64,000 bases of DNA from Schmidtea polychroa (taxonomy: Eukaryota), in contig CM097885.1 of the NCBI GenBank assembly GCA_044892525.1, forward strand, positions 76,198,001 to 76,262,000, given 5' to 3'. The notes beneath the pieces are model-generated. The model did no database searches. It worked only from the letters and a program-made list of their open reading frames with translations, and was not told the DNA's origin. The stretch's first letter is position 1, and the number at the start of each line of letters is the position of its first letter. The position numbers were made by a program, and so were the translations under genes. Positions 53,238-64,000 of the stretch are shown here, in pieces.

Positions 53238-54649
53238 GTAGATATTATATTTTCATTTTTCATTATTATTATTTATTATTATCATAATTAATAATGTTAT
53301 GAGCCAGTAACACCAAAGGGAAAATGCCGCCAACCCCCCTAAAACATATCCCGCGCAATGAGGGTAACTGAATATTTTTAAACCTCTCTCTGGTACCCCA
53401 CCTTAAATATTTATCCCCTCTAATGGTCGTATTAATAGATTTAGTTGAATGAATCATTTCGATTAAAACTTTAAATAATTGATCCAATTTCCGACAAAGG
53501 GTAATTCTTTTTCAATTCTTCAACAAAGACATTTAATTAAATTGAAATAAAACAAGCAGGAATAATTAAAAAAAAACGCATACAATAATCGAAATTATAA
53601 ATAATAGCGCACACACAGACGCGAATAAAAATAAAAACACGCACACATTAAGATCATCTCCGAGTTCTCAATGCAATCGAGAGAACTGCAACTGTCCAAT
53701 GAAAATTCACTGGCTTTTATTATTAAATGTTTTTCTTAATTTTTCGACAAATTTTTGCAAAAAAATTTACCAAATAGTCATTTAATTTTCTCGATTACTT
53801 TTAATTCTTTTCGAATTCATAGCGATAATTATTTTCAAAACATTTGTTTAAAAAATGTGTCTAATTTTTAGACATCATTTTTCTCTTTGATGATTGGATA
53901 AGTAGATAAATTTCATATATTTTCAGGGGACAATGAAATCTTTGAATATTAAACATAAAACCACGATATAATAACAATTAATAAATGTTGAATCCATATT
54001 TTACACCGTCCACATTTTACACGAAAAATTAATAATTAATTTTAATGATTACTCAACACTTCCAATTCAAATTTCCAGATTTTATCTCCTTAAAGGAACT
54101 GGAGTATTCTTCTAATTTCATATATTTTTAAAATGTTTCATGTGAGTAAGTTAGATTAATAAATAAATTATTAAATAGATTAATATAGATTATTTTAATA
54201 TTTAATTTTAGTATAAAATATGGATTTGACAATAAATATTAATAATGATTACCGATTATCTTTATTATTATTTTATTATAACCTTTTAACATAATTTATT
54301 TATTTTTAAACATGCGTTCTAAGATATATTTTACTTAAGTATCATCATTATATAAATGATTCATACCAATTTTTAAAATTATTTCAGTTTAAAACTTCAG
54401 TTAAAAACTATCAAAAAAAAGTCAAAATAAATTTCTGAAAAAACCCTAAAAATAATTAACTCAGCAAAAAAATGCACACATGATAAAACTTTTTATTCAA
54501 ATGATAAGAAAAAATTATCAGACTGTAAGCCTATAATGATAAACAAATGGTTTAATATTCTTAGCATTCTTAAATTTTTGGTCTTGAAGTATTTTTCTGA
54601 GACCGAATTTTCTTTGTTTAATTCTGAATTATTTTCCATACTTTCAATA

Positions 54650-56376
54650 TTTGATTGTCAAATGGATCAAAATCCGAAACATTTATAGAGTACATTCATA
54701 TAAGATTTATATAAATTTCGATAAGACCGTCTAACGGCTCACTACACATTGGTTTTATCTGCTGCGTTAAATACAATTCGCACTTTTTTGGTGTCTTTGT
54801 CCATCTGCTTTCAGGGAAATTAGGTAAAATTCCTTTGTCCTCTATTTTTCCAGATCCTCATTGACATCTGTGTTATATCCTTTTCCCGGTAGTCTTCAAT
54901 AATGTCATCATACTACTCCCTGATCCATTCCCTATACAACTTGCGCAGTAGACCTTTGAGTCGTTTTTCAGCCAATACCGTACTATCTGGTAATAACTTC
55001 GGTAAACATTTCCATTGAATTTTCACTTAATTACGCCCATCAACTTTTTGTAAAGTTTCCATGGTCTTATCATAAACGTCCTTATTAAGTTTTTGAGAAC
55101 CCAACTTCCTTTAATTCAATTTCGTCAATTTCCCACAGCCTTTTCATCAGTTACTCCAATACATGATCTTAACTAAAGTACGTTATAATAAAATTACTCT
55201 TATGGTTCCATAACGTTCCAATCGATTAAATTACGACACAGGTCCAGCCAAGTGCAGTTAATCTAGTGATATGCTCGCCCAATTTTCCATCTACCTCTTT
55301 TTTTTCAACGATCTCTGTAGTCCCAGGTAGTCAGCCATAATTAGTACATCACCGCCTGCCGTTCATCCATCATAGGAAATGAATATTCCTTAGATACTTC
55401 CGATTTTTTCTTTTGCTAAATTTATCACTTTCTTCTTCTCCGTAACATTTTTTACTGCTAACGCAGTGAATTCCTTTTTCATTTTCTGATCATAACTGAT
55501 AAGAATCATTTTTAATCTCTTCGTCATTTTTTGAAGATTCCCTCCGATGACACTGTCGTTATTTCGTCTTTCCCTTTCAAATGCAACACTTCTAATACTT
55601 TCTGGCTCACATAGCTGACTGGGCTGGCGTCATCAAGCAAAGCATTGACTTTGATTCTCTTATTACCATTCTCCAGAAAATTTGGAGTCGTTCCCAGGCT
55701 AAGATAATTCTGTTTCACCCTGTTGTATTCTTTTTCGCAACCATTAAAGTTTTCTCTTGAGTAGTTTTCGCTTGATTTTCATGGACTAAATTAGCATGGT
55801 TTCTCTGACAGTCTACAGACGGATGGTTTAGAACATTACTTTACCATATGTATATCTTTCTGCCACGCACAAACTTCAATCTTTTTTCCAATGGTCAATC
55901 TCTGGACATTTTACATTGATCCTAGTAGTGATCATCCCTCTTGCACTTTAAACATTTTAATCGTGACCTTGTTTGTCCTTTCACGACTTCTTTCGCTTTG
56001 TCGAATTCTCCTTCCATTTGTGTGAGATGTGTTTGAACCCTTTGTCTTGAATTGTCAACCATTTGTTCTTAAATTTCGAGCGTGAGTTTTATAAATTATG
56101 TTCGCTTTCAATTTCATGTAGCATTTCCTTCGTTGATCTCAATAGTTCAACTTTTAGTTGAACCCAATTCCTGAACTTTTCGAAACACTCCATTGATCTG
56201 TCTTTCTTCATTTCCTTTCTTTTTTCCATTTTAACAGTAAGGGACAGGATAATTTCTTGGGGCATCTCTGAAGCAAATGCCCACTCTTTAACCGTCCTCT
56301 CGACCTGCTATCTTTAATCGCACTCCCACAGTCTCTAATGTTTCGATCAACTCTTCCAAATATCTCAATTCTCCAT
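54650..56376 (-). mobile_element. Bel/Pao LTR retrotransposon relic (gag, protease, start of RT) in KATNIP intron 2
   Basis: The minus strand has the gag knuckle CLKCKRDDHY, the protease VNALLDDASPVSYVS, LMKRLWEID and the RT motif TKKVRIVFNAA. It has many stops and frameshifts. Confidence 0.75.
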
Positions 56377-56699
56377 TGTTAAGAAAACATAATAATCATC
56401 GTTATCGAGCACAATCATTTAAGTGAGTATAGGAATATATAGAAATATATTATGCAAACGCTTATCGTTATCATTATGTATTAAAACCAGAAAAATCATT
56501 CTGAGTAAGAGACATCATATCAAGGGCAATTACTTAATAACTCGAAAATATTTACTAAAAATATTGTCATTAAAGAGCTTATGAATTAAATAAGGTTTTT
56601 TATAGTTATATATTTTGAATACAATTAAATATAAATTTTCAGCCGGGATTTTAATATATCGAAACTTAAAAATTGCTCCGTAATTTTTGACGGGCAACA
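56377..56699 (-). mobile_element. Probable 5' LTR of the Bel/Pao relic
   Basis: On the minus strand it begins TGTTG and ends TTAACA directly upstream of the gag region. No second copy was seen. Confidence 0.4.
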
Positions 56700-56703
56700 T
56701 CTA

Positions 56704-56704
<1 letters not shown>

Positions 56705-56783
<79 letters not shown>
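56705..56783. repeat. (TAA)n microsatellite
   Basis: Read directly from the sequence. Confidence 0.95.
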
Positions 56784-56784
<1 letters not shown>

Positions 56785-57002
56785 GTATTAATAATAGTAA
56801 TAGTATTAGTGGTTTTGTTTCTTTGTTTTAAAATTGTAAAAAGAAATGAAATTTGAGCTAAAGAGATTTTGTGTAATATTTGTGTAAAAATTCTGTTTTA
56901 GGTTAATCAATCATTCACTTGTGCATTTTAAAAATCCGTTCAATGACTTGATTTCTGGAGTTTTATGGGTGGATGATTAGTGAAAAGAATTTCTATTTTC
57001 AG

Positions 57003-57566
57003 GTATACGCCTATCCAGATTCTGTGAATTCTCTCACTCCCAAAAACCAGCGAACATTCAGCAATTTAGATGTGAGGACTCCAGATAAATTGGTAGATGG
57101 GATCAACGACTCATATGATCCTAAGCATATGTGGCTAGCACCCATTCTGCCAGGTTGTCTCAATCGAATATTTTTCGTGTTTGATCGTCCTGTCTGTGTT
57201 TCGATGATAAGGATTTGGAATTACAGTAAAACTCCATCTCGAGGAGTCAAGGATTTCTCTATTTTAGTTGATGATCTTCTGATATACAGCGGCACATTGC
57301 CATCTGCCATAAGCTCCTCAGTTAGTCGAGGAATATTACCAAACATGAATGAAACAATCGCTCCTACCAATCACCACAAAACCGTTTTATTCGATCGTAC
57401 CAATGAAGCTTTATTGAATCAAGAGAAACTATTTCTTCTTGAGCACAACATATCCAGCGGTCAGGATGTCATCCTTATCAATGACAATGATATCAACTCC
57501 GTTCATTGTGCTAATCAGAAATACCGTCCAATGACCAGTGTCAAAGGCAGAGCTATGGTCAAATAG
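57003..57566 (+). CDS. KATNIP: KATNIP final coding exon
   Basis: TTTTCAG|GTA TAC (phase 0) reads VYAYPDSVNSL...DVRTPDKLVDGINDSYDPKHMWLAPILPG...MIRIWNYSKTPSRGVKDFSILVDDLLIYSG. The stop TAG is at 57564-57566. Confidence 0.9.
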   Translation, partial: VYAYPDSVNSLTPKNQRTFSNLDVRTPDKLVDGINDSYDPKHMWLAPILPGCLNRIFFVFDRPVCVSMIRIWNYSKTPSRGVKDFSILVDDLLIYSGTLPSAISSSVSRGILPNMNETIAPTNHHKTVLFDRTNEALLNQEKLFLLEHNISSGQDVILINDNDINSVHCANQKYRPMTSVKGRAMVK

Positions 57567-57759
57567 ATCAATCAATCGAGGATTTTCTTTTTATGTTTTA
57601 TCCTGGATGATGCCAGTAGATCAGATCGCTCACATGTACATTTCAATACGCTGGACTGCTATCAGGTAGTCTTTATGATCCCCAATGTAACTTCTTTGTG
57701 TTAATCTTTTTGATTTATTTTATACAGTAAATGGATTGATATTTTCATGTTTGTTGGTC

Positions 57760-58905
57760 GATGAAGATTTATCGATGAATGATTGGTTGCTGAGGATTTA
57801 TTGATGAATGATTGGTTGATGAGGATTTATTGATGAATGATTGGTTGTTGAGGATTTATTGATGAATGATTGGTTGCTGAGGATTTATTGATGAATGATT
57901 GGTTGCTGAGGATTTATTGATGAATGATTGGTTGATGAGGATTTATTGATGAATGATTGGTTGTTGAGGATTTATTGATGAATGATTGGTCGATGAAGAT
58001 TTATTGATGAATGATTGGTTGATGAGGATTTATTGATGAATGATTGGTTGTTGAGGATTTATTGATGAATGATTGGTCGATGAAGATTTATTGATGAATG
58101 ATTGGTTGATGAGAATTTATTGATGAATGATTGGTTGTTGAGGATTTATTGATGAATGATTGGTCGATGAAGATTTATTGATGAATGATTGGTTGATGAG
58201 GATTTATTGTTGAATGATTGGTCGATGAAGATTTATTGATGAATGATTGGTTGATGAGAATTTATTAATGAATGATTGGTTGTTGAGGATTTATTGATGA
58301 ATGATTGGTCGATGAAGATTTATTGATGAATGATTGGTTGATGAGAATTTATTGATGAATGATTGGTTGTTGAGGATTTATTGATGAATGATTGGTCGAT
58401 GAAGATTTATTGATGAATGATTGGTTGATGAGGATTTATTGATGAGTGATTGGTGGAGGATTTATTGATGAATGATTGGTTGATGAGGATTTATTGATTA
58501 ATTATTGGTTAATGAATGATTATTTGATGAGGATTCGTTGATAAATTATTGATTGATGAATGATTGGTCGATGAAGATTTATTGATGAATGATTGGTTGT
58601 TGAGGATTTATTGATGAATGATTGGTCGATGAAGATTTATTGATGAATGATTGGTTGATGAGGATTTATTGATGAATGATTGGTTGATGAGAATTTATTG
58701 ATGAATGATTGGTCGATGAAGATTTATTGATGAATGATTGGTGGAGGATTTATTGATTAATTATTGGTTAATGAATGATTATTTGATGAGGATTCGTTGA
58801 TAAATTATTGGTTGATGAGGATTTATTGATGAATGATTGGTCGATGAAGATTTATTGATTAATTATTGGTTAATGAATGATTATTTGATGAGGGTTTGTT
58901 GATAA
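57760..58905. repeat. 29-bp minisatellite (TGATTGGTTGATGAGGATTTATTGATGAA and variants)
   Basis: Period of 29 read directly. TTGCTGAGG, TTGTTGAGG and TCGATGAAG variants alternate, and the repeat decays after about 58440. Confidence 0.95.
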
Positions 58906-60780
58906 ATTATTTGTTGATTTGTAAATGTAATTGCGAGCTCGTCGTATTCGTTCCGCCAAGCTGTTTCGCGTGGTTTTAGAGTTTGTATACCAAATTGATC
59001 CCATTTGAGCTGGTTTTGAAGTTTGATCATCCCTCTGCTCTTTTTTCATATCTCTGGCTTTCACTCGTTCTCGATGTGTGTCTGCTTCGTTTGTTATTCG
59101 AACGAGATTCACTCTGAATCCCTTCATTACAATGTTTCCTATAAGAAAGGCAAATTTATTCATGGATTATTTTTATAATTATCGCTAAATCATTCATCTA
59201 TTTGACCAATTTTGGATTTCTCTTTAATTTATCTTCACAAAGTCTCAAGCTTTCAGACCTTGAACCTCATATTCTGTAGTCCAACCATTATTTTTTCATC
59301 ATAACATTTTATCAGGTAAATAAAGGAAAAGAAAATTATAGGTAAAATTAACCATTTTTCTCAAATTAAATCCAAACAAACAAAAACAAAACAAAAAAAA
59401 TAATAAGAAATGAATAGACAAATGATTTATTGAGTTAAACAACCAAATCATTCTCGAATACTTCATGCTGAAAATCAATCTATTCACAATAACTTCTCAT
59501 TCCTGGGCTGATTATGTGAACAGTGTTACATCTTTTATAACCAGTTCCGGTAGTTCCTCACTATTAACGTGGAAGTTGGATGGTTTCTTTGTATATGTTG
59601 AAGTCGGGCGATTTCTGGACACTTTCCTAAATAAAATTATACACATAACTATGATTAAATGCATTATCATCACAGGCATACCCGTTGATTTCCATCATTC
59701 AAAAGGTTATTATATAAGTACCTTAGCTGAGATTGTTGGGTGAAGAAGAGAACTCAACATATCTATTAGCTACCGTGAATGATGTATTTATCACGTCAAT
59801 AAAATATTAATAATCTTCCAAAAATATTTTTCAAATAAAACAGTTTTTTTCAATATTATTAAAACACACACGATATATCTGAGAAGTTTTATCAGTGTCA
59901 AATATTAATATTTTCCAAAAGACAGATTTCATTCAAATCAACATACTAAATTTAATATTTTAAATTTATAAACATTTTACATCATACATTTATTATCTAT
60001 AATGATGGTAGGTGTGTACAACATTTATCAGAAAATGAATTTTATTTTATGTAATTTATTTTTGTTATTTTAGATATGGCTTTCAAATAAGTTTCAAAAT
60101 ATTTTCAGCAATTTTTTAATCAAAATTATCTTAAATAAAGTTATTATAGAAATGCATCTCGCGGGGTTTTTCTATATATCTTAAGTTTGCATGAATTTTT
60201 TAGTATATCTTGTGTTTGTGTGCAGCATTTAATTTTTCGATTTTTACAATGCAAAGCGTATTTCATTGCACTATCAGTGAGAGGCATCAGCGTCAAATAA
60301 AAGTTAGTTTGTATATTTGTATAATATAAGATTACTGAATTTTTCTTATATTATAGGAAGCGTATCTCAGTGGTTTCTGGTGTATTACAACCAGCGCTTT
60401 GTCATCGACTTGTCAATTGTAAATTAATAAATTTTCGTCGATATATAATTGATACTCGAATTATTAATTTTGTTTTTATCGTTAGTATCTCCAGTCAAAA
60501 AATTAATTTTAGCTCGTTTCGGATTTTTTGCCGAGGAGAAAATTAAGCTTGATTGTTTAGAGCCACAGATTATGCTATTTTTTCGTCTTAGTTTTACATG
60601 CTTGGATTTTACTGGGTTCTCCTGACCTTAATTCATGACCTAGTGTAGTTGCTGTGGTTGTCAAATTCTAATTTTTTCTTTCTTGGTCGCGTTTAACTCA
60701 CTTCATTATGGGTGAATGGGAATACAATTAATTAATAAGAAAAATAAAAAAAATCAACTTACGATTATATGACTCTATAG

Positions 60781-61029
60781 CAGTGGTTCTTAACCTGGGG
60801 TCCATGGACCCCCAGGGGGTCCGCGAACGGGTTCCAAGTGGTCCGCGGCACTATTTACAAAAAACCTTTATTATTTTTGTTTGAAGCTGAATAAACAGAT
60901 TTATAAATAATTATTAAAAAATGTATGTGTTTTACTATCAATTTATTAATTTTTTTACATTTCAGGGGTCCGTGTGTACCAATTATATATTTATGGGGTC
61001 CATAAGTTTGAAAAGGTTAAGAACCCCTG
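60781..61029. mobile_element. hAT (Charlie-type) MITE, 249 bp
   Basis: TIRs CAGTGGTTCTTAACC / GGTTAAGAACCCCTG, an 8-bp TSD CTCTATAG / TTCTATAG and GGGGTCC subterminal motifs. Confidence 0.85.
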
Positions 61030-61314
61030 TTCTATAGTTATAATTCAATTGTACTGTATGCTTAACTGGATGATATTTTCATGTTTGTTGGTCGATGAAG
61101 ATTTATAGATGAATTTATTACGATTTTCGGCACTGCCTTTTCAAGTAAATTCTTCAGTATCAATAAACATCGATATATTACTGATTTATAGTCTTCAAGC
61201 TCTCTTTTTAATATATTTAAACTTTGTTTAAATATGAAATAAAATAAATATTTATAAATTTAAAAATTGTCTTATTTTTATTGACTAAATGACGAGTTCC
61301 GAAAAAGACAACAT

Positions 61315-64000
61315 TGGTGTCAAAAGTGTGACTCATGAAAATATTCACATCCAGATGAAAATACCGCTTTTCTTCGACAACGTGGAAGCGTGGTTCCAAC
61401 AAGTTGACGCTGCACTCGAGCTGGCATCAATAAAAAATTAAAAATCAAAATATTTTCATCTGCTCACCAGTTTACCACCACGAATCCTCGAAAAATACTG
61501 GGATCTATTGAACCCACACATTAAACTGCCGTATTCAACGTCAAAAGACTCAATAATAACGGAATCAAAAAGATCGACAACAGAGGCTGCCAACAAATTA
61601 CTGCAGAAACAATAACTTGGTGACCGAAAACCATGTCAACTGCTCAGGGAACTCAAACGCAGTTACAAATTAGTGGAACCGAATAAAAGCCCACGAACGA
61701 GCCAGATCCTGAGATTTCAATTTATAAATTGCATGCCAGTTCACATACAACACTTATTAGTGTCAAAGGTTATTGATGAGCTGGCAAACATTACAAACTT
61801 ACATATGGGCATCGAAAATCATGTTATATCTAAGGTGGAAAATCGACAATAAGCGGAAATCCAGTATCAACAGGCTATAGAAAATCTCCAAAATCAAATA
61901 AATGCTATAAAATCAAATAACAAATCCAGTCAATACAACAAACTGTCAACAAAAAATTCAATATGCTATTTCCACAGAAAATTTGGAAAAGATGCCTGAA
62001 AATTGGACTAAGTCATCATATGAGGAAAAAGATCAAGGATCTCTTTGATGTCGACGACAGAGATACGGGACAACACTCAGTAATCGACTAAAATTCAAAA
62101 TTCACTGTGCCAATTTTTCAGAGCGACAGAACACACAATTTTCTCGTTTATTCTGGAGTGGATGTCAGTTTCATCCCATCGAATGCATTTACTTCTAATT
62201 CTAGAGACGTCTCTATTAAACTTGTTTCAACCAATAACTGCAACATCAAAAAGTATGGTTCGAAGATTGCAAACATAAAGCAGAACTTTAGATGGAGCTT
62301 CGTACTGACAGATGTAAACCGCCCGATTTTAGAAGCAGATTTTCTAGCAAGCTATAAGTTTGTGACTGACTGTAGAAATGCTAAGATCTACATTGCCGAA
62401 AATACGACAGAAGCCTAAGAAAGGAATGATCATGACAAAGTAAACTCAGTTCTTCTTGAGCACGCATTGGAGATAGAGGTAGCATGCCCTCCAATTGCAC
62501 AATCAGCTAGACGCATAAGCGGGAAGTATTTGCAATTGTGGAAAAGGAATTTAATGAGTTAATCACTAAAGGAATTTGCCGAGAAAGTAAAAGCAACTGG
62601 GCATCCCCATTGGAAATCGTAAGAAGGAAAGACGGGTCGATTCGACCTTGTGGAGACTACAGAATTGTACTAACACCAACTGTGGGATTAGAAACTAATT
62701 CCAGCTGTTGATTAATTTGGTATAAAAGTAACGCGTGGAAATCTAGAAATCAAAAAACGGGCAAGCTATACCTAGCTAAAGACAAAATTAGATTCTAACC
62801 ATAAGGTTATTTATTTGGTAAAAACTATTTTAAAGAAGCACACACCCGACCACGAGAAGCAGTATTTCTGCCTGTCTTGCTCGTCGTCAGAGGGATTTAA
62901 TTTAGGAAACGTTAGATCACTCTTGATCTAATCGATAGCGTAAACTTTGAGAAAATCCCTCCTTCTTTATACAAACTTTAATACACAGTGCTGAGAGCAA
63001 TTAGATCCAGTATTTGTTATTTACTCTGAGGACGATTTGTGTAACCGATTTCTTTACTTCATAGAACTAGCAGCATTTTTGGTAAATAGTGGATTGTATA
63101 TTTTGTGCTAAAAATAAATACATTTTTAAACAGAGTCTTTGTTTGTTAATTCATAATAANNNNNNNNNNNNNNNNNNNNNNNNNNNNNNNNNNNNNNNNN
63201 NNNNNNNNNNNNNNNNNNNNNNNNNNNNNNNNNNNNNNNNNNNNNNNNNNNNNNNNNNNNNNNNNNNNNNNNNNNNNNNNNNNNNNNNNNNNNNNNNNNN
63301 NNNNNNNNNNNNNNNNNNNNNNNNNNNNNNNNNNNNNNNNNNNNNNNNNNNNNNNNNNNNNNNNNNNNNNNNNNNNNNNNNNNNNNNNNNNNNNNNNNNN
63401 NNNATTCTGTGTTAGGAAATATCTTATCCACCAGATCAGAATTAAACACATGGATAAACCTCTACGCCCGTACAGAGATGATATAATCATCTTCTCAAAG
63501 TCTAGAGAAGAACATCGTGGTCACTTATCAGTCATTCGGAATGTCTTGCAAGACGCTAATTTGTCTTTTAATGAAAATGGGGATAATTTTGATAATTGCC
63601 GTACGACTCAGACAGAAGTAAAATTCCTTAGATTTAACATTTCAGGTTCAGGAATATCACCACAATCAGACAAAATTCAAGAAATTTCATCATGTCCACG
63701 CCAAACTACCTAAAATCGCTTCGAAGATTCATATGAGTAGTAACATTTTATCACTGGCTAACTCCAAACCTGGCAGAAATAATTGCACCACTACATTATT
63801 TAGTTTCAGTTAGTATCAAAGACAAACGCAAGTTCTTATGGACAGAAACACATACTCTCTCCTTTGAGGTGACAAAAAAGAAACTAAAAGAAATTGTCAA
63901 GTTGACACCCCCAAATTCTATGTACGGATGCATCGGATATAGGCATTGGCGGAAGTCTCAATCACAGAAATAGCGATGGCAAATTCACACCTATCAGTTT
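61315..64000 (+). mobile_element. Ty3/gypsy LTR retrotransposon, decayed and interrupted
   Basis: AACA|T-TGGTGTCAAAAGTG is a PBS-like site at 61315-61328. Gag reads KIPLFFDNVEAWFQQV, LGDRKPCQLLREL and CYFHRKFG. The protease reads FLVYSGVDVSFIP. RT reads WASPLEIVRRKDGSIRPCGDYR and YRDDIIIFS. It has stops and frameshifts. Confidence 0.85.
63160..63403. other. Assembly gap (N run)
   Basis: Run of N. Confidence 1.

Noticed and set aside
58870-59743. ORFs 58870-59163, 59299-59487 and 59465-59743 as genes
   Set aside because: No recognisable motifs, no consistent splice model, and neighbouring frames contain many stops.

Overview
AT-rich eukaryotic genomic DNA, probably from a ciliated invertebrate (taxon inferred, not shown), with three N-gaps (8799-9374, 52177-52732, 63160-63403). 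The one recognisable host gene is KATNIP/KIAA0556 (DUF4457 repeats) on the + strand. It has three coding exons (about 4480-7343, 52895-53237, 57003-57566), joined by phase-compatible GT-AG introns of about 45.5 kb and 3.8 kb. The large intron contains a Tc1/IS630-like DD34E element, a 27-bp satellite, a Merlin element with intact TIRs and TSD, and a Penelope-like remnant carrying a minimal hammerhead ribozyme. It also holds hAT and Tc1 relics and a 27-kb array of about 767-bp monomers arranged as a 4-mer higher-order repeat. On the minus strand each monomer reads as a decayed eIF4G-type MIF4G domain, which suggests a protein-coding domain turned into satellite DNA; this is the most unusual feature. 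Other features are a Bel/Pao relic in intron 2, a 29-bp minisatellite, a hAT MITE, a decayed Ty3/gypsy element and a possible unnamed short-intron gene near the left edge. No rRNA, tRNA or CRISPR array was seen. All family assignments come from motif recognition by eye, not from database searches.
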